Source of the DNA: Mobula hypostoma
Lineage: Eukaryota
Reading direction: 5' to 3'
Length of the DNA: 64,000 nt
Assembly (NCBI RefSeq): GCF_963921235.1
Contig: NC_086108.1
Location: 29,760,001-29,824,000 of the forward strand
Position 1 is the stretch's first letter. Each line of letters starts with the position of its first letter. This document shows positions 13,730 through 25,700 of the stretch, piece after piece. The notes beneath the pieces were generated by a model. The model was given only the letters and a program-made list of their open reading frames with translations. It did no database searches and was not told where the DNA came from. The translations under genes and the position numbers were made by a program.

Positions 13730-14765
13730 GACAAGATGGCAGACAGAGAGGGCATAGAGCAGTTGGCAGAATAGTGCAAACAAAGCAATTTGAGTCTCAA
13801 GGTGAACAAGCCCAAAGAGGGGGGAGCAAAAAGAGGTGGATCAGCAAGTTGGGAGTGCACATAATGGGCGATCTCACCTGATCCCTCAAACCACCTCCTT
13901 GGTCAATAAACCCTCATTTCAATGTGCTCAGTTTTTCAGTTCCTGTCTTTGTAGGCAGGCTTAACATCTTCTCAACCAATCAACAACTACCCCACTAGGT
14001 GCCCCGGCACTCTGGTTCCCATCTTCCTGCAGCACCAGCAAACTTTCCCACAAAGATGTTGGTCCCTTCCAGATTCTGGTGCAAATTCTGTTTGTACAGA
14101 TCCCATAAACTCTGGAAGAAAGCTCAATCTTCAAAAGATCTGAAGCTCTCCCTCCTGCACCATCTCCTTGGCCATGTGTTGACCTGTATTGCCTTCCTAC
14201 TTCTAGCCTCACTAGCATGTGGCATGGATAGTAATCCTGAAATTAACACCCTGGACGTCCTGTCTGTGAACTTAGCATCTAACTCCCTGAACACTCTCTG
14301 CAGGACGTCCTCATCTTTTCTGCTTGTGTTGTTAGTATTGGTATAGACCACAACCTCTGGTTTCTCAACCTGTTCAAGAAGAATGCTATGGATTCGATCA
14401 GAGATGTCCCTGACTCTGCCATCTAGGAAGCAACATACAATCTGGAAATCTTGTTCTTGTCTGCAGAGACTCCTGTCTGTTCCCTTAAACAATGAATCCC
14501 TGTCACTATTGCTCGCTTCTTCTACCTCCTTTTATGAATCACAGAGTCAGACTTGCCAGACTGCTGTAACTTTCCTCTGCTAGATTGCCCCTCCCCCACC
14601 ATCCACCAACAGTATCTGAAACAATGTACTTGTTATAGAGGGGAATGGCCACAGCGGTACCTTGCACTGGCTGCCTATCCCCTTTCCCTCTCCTGACAGT
14701 CACCCAGTTAGTTGTGTCCTATACCTGATGTGCAACTACGTCCTTGAATTGCCTGTCAATTAATC
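13730..14765 (-). mobile_element. CR1 5' part: ORF1 SGNH-esterase domain remnant
   Basis: ORF 14124-14492 'VCCFLDGRVRDISDRI...PEVVVYTNTNN...SRVLISGLL...VNTW...WCRRE' matches CR1 ORF1 esterase (consensus VCCLPGARVRD...VVHVGTND). Confidence 0.85.
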
Positions 14766-15914
14766 CCTGGTCTCCAGAAGCCTCCATACTAATATGGGAT
14801 TGGCATCAAAATAATACCTAATGAGCTTTGGCCAAGTTTCTTCTGATTTTCAGTCAACTTAGTTTCCTTTTTACGCAGCTGCTTAGAAATAACTACTGTA
14901 TAGAACAGTTAGATCTTCAAACAACCACATTTTTCTAGGTGTTTAAGTTGGGCTTTGTAAAATTTTGTGAAGAAATATGTACTCTTTTCCATCCCTTCTG
15001 GAGGTCTTCATGTACTTTGAAAATGGAACCTCAATGGTTAATTTTTAGATTGTGACTGGAATATGGTAGGATATTCCAGCATTGTCGCATTCACACCAGC
15101 ATTAGGTTAGGGTTACTCTCGTATGGAGGTACAGTACAAAAACTGGCAGGTATTGTGCTGCATCTAGTTTATGATTACACCATTCCTTCATCTACTTCAG
15201 AAGGCAGTGTATCTGTGCTCAAGATTTTTTTTGAGGTAGCCCTGTTGCTGCAAAATACCCTGCAGAAGGATGGCATATTTTAGAAATCAAATTGTGACCA
15301 GTCAAATATTTGGCACTTTAATATTCGTTAATTCAAGATTTGAATACTATTCTTTTCAATCATTCACTATCTCTTTTCCATACAATTGAGCCAAACTGCA
15401 TCAATACTATGTGTCACAAGGCTGCAACAAGGTTTCACCAGGGACCAGAGTTGGTGAATGTGGTGGAAACTGCTTGGACTCCTTGAACGCTACTTTGTTT
15501 CTCTGTCCATTATTTTTTACCTTTTGTTTTTGGCAACTTGTGTGGAGCTCCTAACTCTTCAGAGCATTGTTTATTTTTTTATAAACAATCAAGAAGGTCA
15601 CCTCTGTATCCAACGCCACTTTAATCCTGTCCTTGTCTCTTCAGCATCTATCTGGAACAGTTACCTTTGTACAGTTGTACTAGAAAAGTACAAGTTGCAC
15701 TTTAGATGCACCTTGTACTCCCAGTGACTTTTCAGATGCCTTCCCAATAGAAAATGATTCATCTTTGAATTGTGAAAATGAGTATGTAACCTATTTCGTC
15801 CTTTGAATCTTTTTGGGTAACTTGCATCACGTGTTTAACAGAAGATTAACAACAGTTGTAAAGATTAAAACTCCTAGCTAAATAAACTAGTGTAAATGAA
15901 AATTTAAATATCGA

Positions 15915-16110
15915 TAGAACATGGAATAGTACGACACAATGACAGGCCCTTCAGCCCATAATGTAATGCTGAACCAAATAAATTACTAATCAAATGGTCA
16001 ACTAAACTAATCCCTTATGACTACACAATGTCCACATTTTTCCATTTTCCTTACGTTCATGTGCCTGTCTAAACATCTCTTTGAAAATCTCTAATGTATC
16101 TGCCTACTAC
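15915..16110 (-). mobile_element. CR1-type 3'-end fragment
   Basis: 'atagaacatggaatagtac...ggcccttcagccc...catgtgcctgtctaaa' is homologous to 54720-54910. Confidence 0.6.
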
Positions 16111-16569
16111 AATTCTCCTCTTGATTCCCCCTTTAACAATCCAGTTGGGCTGCATCTGGAGCATTGCATACAGTCCCCTAAACCTATCAAACTATGCAGC
16201 GTTAGTCTATTGCCAACTTATTTGCAAGATGCTGAGTTAATGTCATTTAGAAGATTTATCCCCTGTTGAGGTGAAGGAATTTGTGGAGTGGAACAAAAGG
16301 GTGACAGAAGTTTAATTGAATAACTTTCTCTCCAGGCACAGATGCATTTCAGATTTGGATTAGTTTATTCAGATGTCTCATACAATTAAGTTTGGTGTTC
16401 ACATTCAACCTTCTTATGCCATTTAAAATTTTCCACAACTAATCCCGTTAATGCTTTTGATTGGAAAATACCCTTGGATTCAAAATTGTTACTCAATTGC
16501 AGTAAATGAAGACATTTCTGACCCTCCCTTGAGTAGATAAGCACTTACTTCACAGGGTACTGGCTTCTA

Positions 16570-18050
16570 ACGGATTCAAAGTACATTTATTTATCCAAGT
16601 GTGAATGTAGTATACAACCCTGAGATTTGTCTCCCCACTGACAGCCACGAAACAAAGAAAGCCATTGAAGCCATTCTAAGAAAAATGTCAACCACCTTCT
16701 TCCCCCCCCCCACACACAAGAAATGTAATTGTGCGAAAGGCAGCAAAAAGAATGAGTCAAAACACAGACTACAAAATACAAAAACAATTCTCAAGTCCAT
16801 ATTCAGTTCAGCACAGTGTTCATTATCTGGAGACAGCCCTAATTCAAAGCCATGAAAAACACACAATGTGAGTTGCAGTCCAATCCACAAAATGCTTCTA
16901 TTAAATCTTACTCTGATAGCATCGAGGGAGCGATAGATCATCCTATTACGTACCCCTTAACTGGGTTGCCAAACCAGCAGAAATGGACCACTTAGTTGGA
17001 GTCTGGATTACTGGAACTAAGAAAGTTTTATTAAAGAAATAAGTAACACCAGTACTCTAATCGTAAGGATATAAATGCAACAGGTTAGCAATGATAAAAC
17101 ACACATATACACAGAACTAGAATAATAGGAATCAATCAAGCTGTATCGCAGTCTAGGGGTAAAATGATCAGTCTCAAGTGACGCAAAGTTCAGTTCAGCT
17201 GAGTACAGTTCGCAGTAATCGCTGTTGTGCTGTTGGAGGGAGAGAGAGAGCGAATGCAAATCTCGATTTAACAGACCTTTGATGTCCCCCGCAGTTAGCT
17301 TTCGGGCGAGCCCTTTTACTGTCTTCGGAGGTCACCGACTGTGACCCCTCCGTTCCGGATACGATCGTTCTTCCGCGGTGAACCCAGCACCCAAGCAAGG
17401 GTGGACACACACACCAGGTTCCCGCCGATCGTACCTTTTCACCCTGTGCATCTATGGTCGGTCCCGCGACCAGACCTCCAAACTCCCACCAACTTGTGGG
17501 GGGGGAACACCGCACTTCCAGGGTCTCGTTATCTCGTGATCTCGTGGTGTCTGTCTTGCCTTAGCGAACCTGTTCCTTTTATCCCCCTGCTGGGGTATCG
17601 CCTGTCCATCAAACTTCAAACAGTTCAGGTTCAAAGCAACCGGTCTGTCAATACTCAGAACTGTGTCTCTTTTCGTTAATCTCTCTCTTCTCTCATTAAC
17701 ATTTTGAACGCTTCTCCCTTTGTCTCTCTTAACTCTCTCATCAGCATCAATCTTCTGATAACTTGGTTTTTCGTCACAATCCGAAAGCAGGGACCTTCCT
17801 TCAGGAGCTTCGAGCGGGGGGGGGGGGGAGAGAGACCTTCACACACAGCCACCTTGTTTGGCTGTGGCGAGCAAGAAACTGGTAGTTGGTGCTCGACACT
17901 CACCTTGATATTTTCAATCCTCCTCGACGCTTTAATCAGTGAGAAATGGAGTCAATCTTGGGCTTTTTGGCCTTTGAGGCTGCTCGCCTCCCAGATCCCT
18001 CTCAGAGACAGCAAAGTGCGGGATCGCTCAATCAGCCTGAAAACAACCCA
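16570..18050 (-). repeat. Unclassified interspersed repeat, split by the solo LTR at 16944-17778
   Basis: Its composition differs from the AT-rich flanks and it continues on both sides of the LTR. The minus strand ends in an AATAAA-containing tail near 16575-16595. Family not identified. Confidence 0.4.
16944..17778 (-). mobile_element. Solo LTR (835 bp) with 4-bp TSD
   Basis: ATCC flanks both sides (16940-16943 and 17779-17782). Termini on the plus strand are TA(TG-derived)TTACG...CGTCACA. A minus-strand AATAAA lies near 17025-17031. No internal coding region. Confidence 0.8.
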
Positions 18051-18400
18051 TTAAACTGTAGATCACAGGCCCCAACAGTACCAGAATGAAAAGACATGAA
18101 CAAAGCAGTTTCGTGGACCAGCATGAGGGTGTCACCTGTGGTAGCATGGTTTGCTGGTGCCATTTTCTCCCATTTGAATGGTTTTAACAATAGCTTAAAA
18201 ACATAAAATCGCATTCCATTCTGACTGATTTGTACACCCCTAGTTCCTTTACAATCTATAAGGACCTCTGAGTTTCTGCAAATTAATTTATCATAATGCC
18301 TGGCATCTTGATGATACTGCAGCCAATTAGGAGTGAGTGTAACACCTCCTTCCCCTCTTTTTTTTGGGTACCAATGAGTTTAACACCTGCACTGATTTTT

Positions 18401-18406
18401 TTTATT
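18401..18406 (-). promoter_or_regulatory. Candidate polyadenylation signal for APOBEC4
   Basis: First AATAAA I found on the minus strand downstream of the stop codon (~800 nt). AT-rich context; no transcript evidence. Confidence 0.3.
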
Positions 18407-19203
18407 TATACCAAAAATAAGTCTCCAGTTTATCATGAATACAGAGCCTCCTGCACTTATGCCAGTTCAGTAGATTTACTCAGCCACCTATGCTGAAGCA
18501 TATTGTAATGTTTACACACTTGTGTTATGGCTGTCAACTGAATGCGCATACAGTATCAACAAAACATGTCTCTTGGAATTGAAGGGGCATTGTGAAAGAC
18601 ACTGGAAAAAGCTTTTGTTTCACGCATGAAAGAAAGATAAAATAGAGAATATTTGTGTCTGCTGTTGCTCATCAAGCTGAAGCCAACAAAATCTCTGCCG
18701 CTTAAGTGGCCTGCAAGGTGTTTCTGCCAAGCATTAATGCTATTATCAATCTCCAACAGAAATGTGGGCTTGATCACCAAGTAATCTCTTACCTATTACT
18801 TTGTCTTCATTCCTACCTGAGGACTTCTAGTTTCCTTGATTAGGCATATATTTGCCTGAGTGGCGGCCTGGTCCCTCTTTGTGCAACAGCTGTAGCTATA
18901 ATTTTTGAATTGTCATTAATCCATTCCCAAATCAGTTGAAATTTGCTTGCAAGTTCTTGGGATGCAGTAACAAAGTGCACATGTATAAAAGTACGAATTT
19001 GCCCATCAGTTGAACTTGAAATTGAATTACAACATAATATTAATCTGGTCATGCAAACATTGGGTGCATTGGTATGATTTGTAGCATTCATGTGCCAGAT
19101 TCTCCAAGTACTATACAAATGTGCCCTGAACTGGCATCTACCCCGGTGCTAGGGCACTGATTCTGCAGTTCAAACGGTTTTGTTTCTTATATGTGTTAGT
19201 CTG

Positions 19204-20316
19204 CTATTTCCTCGTAGATTTAGTCCTTTTGCTGCTCTTCCCCTGTCTGTTTGAATTGCCTGACTTCTTTGTTGCAGGAGCTTCAAGTATTTCCACTACT
19301 TCAGTTACTTGCACGTTGTGAGGTGATGGGGTTGTAGGTTTCTCCCACTCTTTGTTGGGCATGTTCAGGTGTCTCACTACATTTTTTAGCTTGGTCTTCT
19401 GTGGTTGCAGAGGGTACATTGACCAGTGAAATGCTGGTAGGTTTGGAAGATTCATATAAGGCTGATACTGAGCCATTAATGGCATTTTGTTTATAGTGGG
19501 AAGTGATGCTTGTGGAGACTTGTACACGTTCACGCCTTCTGGATTAAAATGTTGCTGCATACGTGGTGTGACCTGAACTGGTTTCTGAGGTATGATATCA
19601 ATGTAGGAAGGGTTCACACCAGTGATGGTAGCAATCTGATGGGCATTGATGAGATCAGCATGGGCTCTCTCGGGTAAAACTGGGTTATAAAGTACTGTCC
19701 AAGGCACCCCATTCACAAATCGGTGAAGAATATTCAGCCATGTCCAATTACTGATTGGGTTGATGGTTACCCTAGGCCAGAATGCTGCTAAGTAATGGAG
19801 AGCTTTCTTGTTCCATCCTGATTCAATGTTGGAATCGTCAGTATGATAAAGTGCAGAAAAATAGATGTCTAATCTCGTGCTTGGATAATTTATTAAAAAA
19901 TCATACATTTTGCTTATGCAATATTGGGCTCTTTCATTGCATGGGGTGTAATTAGAATATATGGTAATATAAGCAATGTTTTCATATGAATACATGAGTG
20001 CATCCAGATAACCATCGGTATCGAAGAACATTGATTCTGGATGCAGCTGGTGTAAAGTACAACTGGATACTTGTCCTTTTTGCACTAAGGTACCTGATGA
20101 TAACTTCAGTTCATAAAAAAGCAGATGACTCCCACTCTGTGGCTGAGCATAAGGAAACCCAAATGATTCATAGAATTCCATGTATGACACACGTGCTTCT
20201 TCTCCTGTTTTGATGTGATATGGGCACTTCAAACAGTTTTCAGTGAAGTGAAGCCAGTAGTAGGGCTTCACCAGTGTTCCCTGAGGAGCAGTATATTCCT
20301 CATGAGTCGAAGCCAT
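19204..20316 (-). CDS. APOBEC4: APOBEC4, cytidine deaminase-fold zinc protein, 370 aa, CDS in a single uninterrupted ORF
   Basis: Matches the APOBEC4-specific sequence as I recall it: GTLVKPYYWL, CxxCPYHIKTGEEARVS, FYELKLSSGTLVQKG, H92-P-E94, SNYT-P125-C126-x6-C133, CISKMY, WPRV and the C-terminal RHLNMP motif. Perfect Kozak context CCACCATGG. No stops or frameshifts. Confidence 0.97.
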   Translation of the reverse strand: MASTHEEYTAPQGTLVKPYYWLHFTENCLKCPYHIKTGEEARVSYMEFYESFGFPYAQPQSGSHLLFYELKLSSGTLVQKGQVSSCTLHQLHPESMFFDTDGYLDALMYSYENIAYITIYSNYTPCNERAQYCISKMYDFLINYPSTRLDIYFSALYHTDDSNIESGWNKKALHYLAAFWPRVTINPISNWTWLNILHRFVNGVPWTVLYNPVLPERAHADLINAHQIATITGVNPSYIDIIPQKPVQVTPRMQQHFNPEGVNVYKSPQASLPTINKMPLMAQYQPYMNLPNLPAFHWSMYPLQPQKTKLKNVVRHLNMPNKEWEKPTTPSPHNVQVTEVVEILEAPATKKSGNSNRQGKSSKRTKSTRK

Positions 20317-20331
20317 GGTGGATGGTTCACC

Positions 20332-20403
20332 TTATTTCCATCGGAAAGGAATTCTTTGCCATATGCCACACCTTCTTTTAACAATAGTTAAAATGGTGCA
20401 CAT
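20332..20403 (-). other. Upstream ORF (23 aa) in frame with APOBEC4
   Basis: ATG at 20403 reads MCTILTIVKRRCGIWQRIPFRWK-TAA. Its stop ends 15 nt before the main ATG. Confidence 0.45.
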
Positions 20404-20431
20404 CGTGGTGTAAAAAGAATATAAGGGAATT

Positions 20432-20460
20432 CTGAAATACAAATACAGAAAATGGTGAGT
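20432..20460 (-). promoter_or_regulatory. Candidate 3' splice acceptor for the APOBEC4 coding exon
   Basis: Minus strand reads ctcac (branch-like) cattttctgtatttgtatttcag|AATTCC, giving an exon start at 20431. Human APOBEC4 has a non-coding first exon plus one coding exon. Confidence 0.5.
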
Positions 20461-20724
20461 ATGCAGAAAAAGTATCAATATCTGGAAAGTGTTATTAAGT
20501 CTACTGTAGGTATTCTATCCAACGGTATCATTGATCATACTCGCCAACTGACCACCTAACATCAAGACTTTGCACTTTCTGCTTCAATAACAACATGATC
20601 TGGGCTGTAATATAGTCTTGTTTAAAATTTTGTGTCCTTTGTGAGGATTGCACTCTGCAAGCAGAAGCCAGCTGTTTAAAATTCTGAACTGGAACAAAAT
20701 CCTGCAGCCCTACTCAGTAAATAG

Positions 20725-20921
20725 TCACTCCTCCCCACACCTTGTGGCAGATCGGGCAGCAACCTTGCCATTTCTTGAGCATTTTGTCTTTTTTTTGTGA
20801 GGCAGAGTTGCTAGCTTGACACTTAGCACAGCATGGATGGAAAACGTGCAAGGAGCCGGCCAGATTCAAACCCTGAACTTCTCACCTTGAAGTACAGTGC
20901 TGATGCCACTACACCACCAGC
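20725..20921 (-). mobile_element. tRNA-derived SINE
   Basis: The 5' head 'gctggtggtgtagtggcatcagc...cagggtttgaatctggcc' has A-box-like (TGGTGTAGTGG) and B-box-like (GGTTTGAATC) motifs, followed by a body and an internal A-rich run. Confidence 0.7.
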
Positions 20922-20949
20922 ATTTAGTAAATGAGGCTAAACATTGAGA

Positions 20950-21790
20950 TGTTTATATCCTTCCATCAAGCACATCTTTCCCTCCCCTCCACTCTCCATT
21001 TCTCCATAGAGATCGCTCTCTACATGACTCTCTTGTCCACTCATCTCTTCCCCCCCAACCCCCCGGACATTAACTCCTGCAAATTGAACAAGTGCTAAAC
21101 CTGCCCCTACCCATATTCATTCACCACCATTGAGGGGCCCCAAACAGTCCTTTCAGGTGAGGTGACACTTCACCCACAAATGTGTTTCTACTGTGTCCAG
21201 TACTCCTGTGTGGTGGCCTCTGCGTTAATGCGGCCTGACATAGATTTGTCAAGCAACTAATCCTGTGCTAATCTGTTGTCAATACCCCAAAAGATGGTAT
21301 TTCCCGTTGGCTACCCATTTCAATTGAACCCCCATTCCAAAAATATTAGTCCAAAGAGACCAATCTCAGATTGGAGAAGCAACATCCCATTCTTTCTGTG
21401 TAGCTTCCAGTCTGATGTTATGAACATCAAAATTCTCAAACGTCCATTAGTTTTTTCCCCCTCCCCCTTTTTTTTGACATTCCCCATTCTGGTTACCCTC
21501 TCACCTTTTCTTCTCACTTGCCTATCACCTTCCTCTGGAGACCCTCCTCCTTCCCGTTCTTCTACGGGCCACTATTCTGTCCTCTTAGATTCCCCCTTCA
21601 GCCCCTCGACACTTCCACTTATCACCCACCCACCCTTCCCTTCACCTACTCTCGGCCAACTTGTACTCTTTCCCCTACCCCACCTGCTATTGGTTTCTGA
21701 TCCTTTCCTTTGTTGGGTCTCTACCTGAAACATCGACTATTTATTGATCTCCAGAGACGCTGCCCTGCTGAGTTCCTCCAGCACCTGCAG
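20950..21790 (+). mobile_element. Degenerate Neptune-type PLE 3' fragment
   Basis: 'caagtgctaaacctgccc...ggggccccaaacagtcctttcaggtgagg' (linker/GIY-YIG) and the tail 'gctgccctgctgagttcctccagc' are homologous to the 23 kb copy. Confidence 0.8.
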
Positions 21791-22792
21791 AACCTCTTGA
21801 GTTTATGGATTGACATTTATTTCCAGAGGTCTTGGTCAAAATGCTCATGTACATCAAGACTATGACTGACTTTTGTTCATATTATGGGAGTTCTGGGAGT
21901 GTTTTGCTTCCAGGTACATTTAATGGCTTATTAGACTGTAAAGCATGATGTCTTCATGGGCTTAATTATGCCAATGAAATGTCAATTGCACTCCTACCAT
22001 TTGCTTCCACTCTTAAATAGTTATTTTTAGAACTATTTTCTAAAGCAGAATTTCGGAAATTGAAAGGGACAATCTGCTTGAAGGGCAAGTTTTGTTAATA
22101 TTGAGTAACACTTGTCTACTGCTTTCCCAATTGATGCAATAGTAACTTTTTACTGTCACATGTACAGAGGTACAATTAATGACTGTCTTGCATATGATAT
22201 TCATTCATATCATTTCATCACATCAATACAACAAGGGAGTGCACGGGAAAAGCAGTCTCAATTTAAGCATTATCGTTATTACCATGCTGATAAGTTTGAT
22301 CAGATTTTACTTCATTTTTCTTTGTTCAATAACCATATGATTTAATTACAACTGTATTTACACTATTTGAAAGGAAGAATTTTGATGTTTCCTATTACAA
22401 AACACCCTGGATTAACAGAAAATGCCAAGAGAGTGAATGCATTTCAAAATCTCTTCAAGGTCTTCTCAAATCTCATTGCTTGTAAAAAGGGATTATGGAG
22501 TAAGCTGTAGTGATCATAATAGTTGAATGTTTTCCCCACCATGTGAGGAATAGGTAGTATGAACTGGAATGTCAAACTCCAGGAAGATAGAAGGTATACA
22601 ACAATTTTATGAACTCAGCCTTGATGTGGCACATAAAGCTGATGGACAGGAGCAAACACAGATGACTGAACAGACTGGGCAGGTTTGTAAAGCTTGGCAT
22701 CTAACTTGCACACTGGAAATGCTTGTGGCCATCAAGACCAGCATATGTTTTCTGTTGCTTCAAATGTGCTGGAGACAACAGTTGTTCATTAT

Positions 22793-25700
22793 ACAAAATA
22801 CTCAGCAGATGCTGGGGTCAAAGCAAGACTCACAACACACTGGAGGAACTCAGCAGGTAGGGCAGCATCCGTGGAAACGATCAGTCAACATTTCGGGCCG
22901 GAACCCTTCGTCAGGACTGAAGAGGGAAGGGGCAGAGGCCCTATAAGGGAGGTGGGGGGAGGGTGGGAAGGAGAAGGCTGGTAGGTTCCAGGTGAAAAGG
23001 AAAAGATAAAGGGGTGGGGGAGGGGAAGCAGGGAGGTGATAGGCAGGAAAGGTGAAGAAGGAATAGGGGAAAACACAATGGGTAGTAGAAGGAGGCGGAA
23101 CCATGAGGGAGGTGATAGGCAGCTAGGGGAGGGGCCGAGTGACATAGGGATAGGGGAAGGGAGAGGGAGGGAATTACCGGAAGCTGGAGAATTCAGTGTT
23201 CATACCAAGGGGTTGGAGACTACCCAGACAGTATATGAGGTGTTGCTCCTCAACCTGAGTTTAGCCTCATCATGGCAGTAGAGGAGGCCATGTATGGACA
23301 TATCCAAATGGGAATGGGAAGCAGAGTTGAAGTGGGTGGCAACTGGGAGATCCTGTCTGTTGTGCTGGACGGAGCGGAGGTGCTCAACAAAGCGGTCCCC
23401 CAATCTGTGTCGGGTTTCACCGATGTAGAGGAGGCCACACCGGGAGCACCGGATGCAATAGATGACCCCAACAGACTCAAGTGAAGTGTTGCCTCACCTG
23501 GAAGGACTGTTTGGGGCCCTGAATGGTGGCAAGAGAGGAGGTGTAGGAATAGGTGTAGCACTTACGCTTACAGGGATAAGTGCCGGGTGGGAGATCTGTG
23601 GGGAGGAACCGATCCCTGCGGAAAGTGGAGAGGGGTGGAGAGGGAAAGATGTGCTTTCTGGTGGGGTCCTGTTGAAGGTGGCGGAAGTTGCGGAGGATAA
23701 TGTGCTGGATCCGGAGACTGGTGGAGTGGTAGGTGAGGACAAGGAGAACTCTGTCCCTGTTGTGGCGGGAGGATGGGGTGAGGGCTGAAGTGCGGGAAAT
23801 GGAGGAGATGCAGGTTAGGGCATCATTGATGACGGCAGAAGGGAAACCACGATCCTTAAAAAAGAGGACATTTGAGATGTCCTGGAATGGAAAGCCTCAT
23901 CCTGGGAGCAGATGAGGCGGAGGAACTGGGAATAGGAAATGGCATTTTTGCATGTGGCAGAGTGGGAAGAGGTATAGTCGAGGTAGTTATGAGAGTCAGT
24001 GGGCTTGTAGAAGATGTCAGTGGACAGTCTGTCTCCAGAGATGGAGACTAAGAGATCGAGAAGAAGAGAGTAGTGTCCGAGATAAACCAAGTGAATTTGA
24101 GGGCTGGGTGGAAGTTTGAAGTAAAGTTGATGAAATTGACGAGCTCAGCATGGGTGCAGGAAGCAGCACCAATGTAGTCATCAATGTAGTGAAGGAAAAG
24201 TTGGGGAGCAGTACCAGAATAGGTTTGGAGCACAGACTGTTCCACATAACCAACGAAGAGGCAGGCGTAGCTAGGGTCCATGCGAGTGCCCATAGCTACA
24301 CCCTTGGTCTGAAGAAAGTGGGAAGAGCCAAAAGAGAAGTTATTGAGTGTGAGAACCAGTTCCGCCAACCGGAGGAAGGTAGTGGTGGTGGGGAACTGGT
24401 GAGGTTTATTGTCCAAAAAGTAGCGGAGGGCTTTGAGTCCTTCATGATGGGGAATGGAGGTGTATAATGATTGGACATCCATAGTGAAAATGAAGCGGTC
24501 AGGACTGGGGAACTGGAAGTTATTGAAGAGGTGGAGGGCATGGGATGTATCCTGGATGTAGGTGGGGAGGGACTGAACTATGAGTGACAAAATGGAGTCC
24601 AGGTAGACAGATACAAGTTCGGTGGGACAGGAGCAGGCAGAAACTATGAGCCTACTGGGACAGTCAGGCTTGCGGTCTTAGGCAGGAGGTAAAACCGAGC
24701 GGTACGGGGTGTGGGAATTATGAGTTTGGTGGCTGAGGATGGAAGGTCTCTGGAGTTGATAAGGGCGATGATGTTACAGGAGACAATGGTTTGATGTTTT
24801 TTGGTGGGGTCCTACTCCAGGGGTAGGTAAGAGGAGGTGTCGGAGAGCTGCCATTTGGCCTCAGTGAGGTAGAGCTCTGTCAAAGAAGTAGGCTCGGAGA
24901 CATAGGCGGCGGAAGAAGAGTTCAGCGTCGTGGCGGGCATGGAACTCACTGAGGTGCGGACAGGAAGGAACAAAAATGAGGCCCTTGCTAAGGGCAGAAC
25001 ATTCTGCCTCAGAGGAGGGAAGGTCAGAGGGAGTGGTGAAGACACAGCAAGGGTTGGGGCTGGGGTCAGAGGAGGATGAAGAGTGGGAGGTCTCAGGAGG
25101 GAGAGGGGGGGTTGGGATATTCAGGGAAAGCGGGGTTAGGGGTGGATGAGGGATCAGAGGAATGGAGGGGTGATGAGGAGTAGAGGGAAGGTTGGGAGTC
25201 GTGAAGAGGAAAGAGGGTAGTGGGGGAATCAGACAGGAGGTAGGACCCAGCGGCAGTAAGAGCGGTCACGGTCCAAAGAGGGTCGGGACCTCAGTCCGAG
25301 CTGGATCCGGAGCTGGGGGTGGTGGAGCCTGCGGGGCCCCAGAACTGAGGTCTGAGTCGGAGGCGAGTGGGTCCATGGCCCGCCGGGGTCTGGTGCCCAT
25401 GTCCGGGAGGCCGTAGTTCCAGTCGGGGTCAGAGTCAGAGGCGGATGGGTCTTCGGCCTGCCAAAGGCCTGAGAAGTCGAGGTCAGAGGGGTCGGGGTCC
25501 AGGCTGGAGCCGGTTATCGTCGTGGGCTCCAGGCGGGCGAGCTTGTGATCCTTCTTGGACATGAGGAAGGAGAAGAAACGGCGGTTGGAGGCATGAATCT
25601 GGCGGAGAATGAAGTGTAGGAGAGGTCCATGGCAGATGGTGGAGATTGAGGCCCGGAGTGGTGGCAGCGAGAGGGACAGGGCCCTTGGGTATCTTCGCAT

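Noticed and set aside
14124-14492. SGNH esterase-like ORF as a domesticated gene
   Set aside because: Catalytic blocks are degenerate and the flanking frames are broken, which fits neutral decay of CR1 ORF1.
19998-20213. 71-aa ORF antisense to APOBEC4
   Set aside because: Short, no recognisable motif, and expected as a shadow of a real coding strand.
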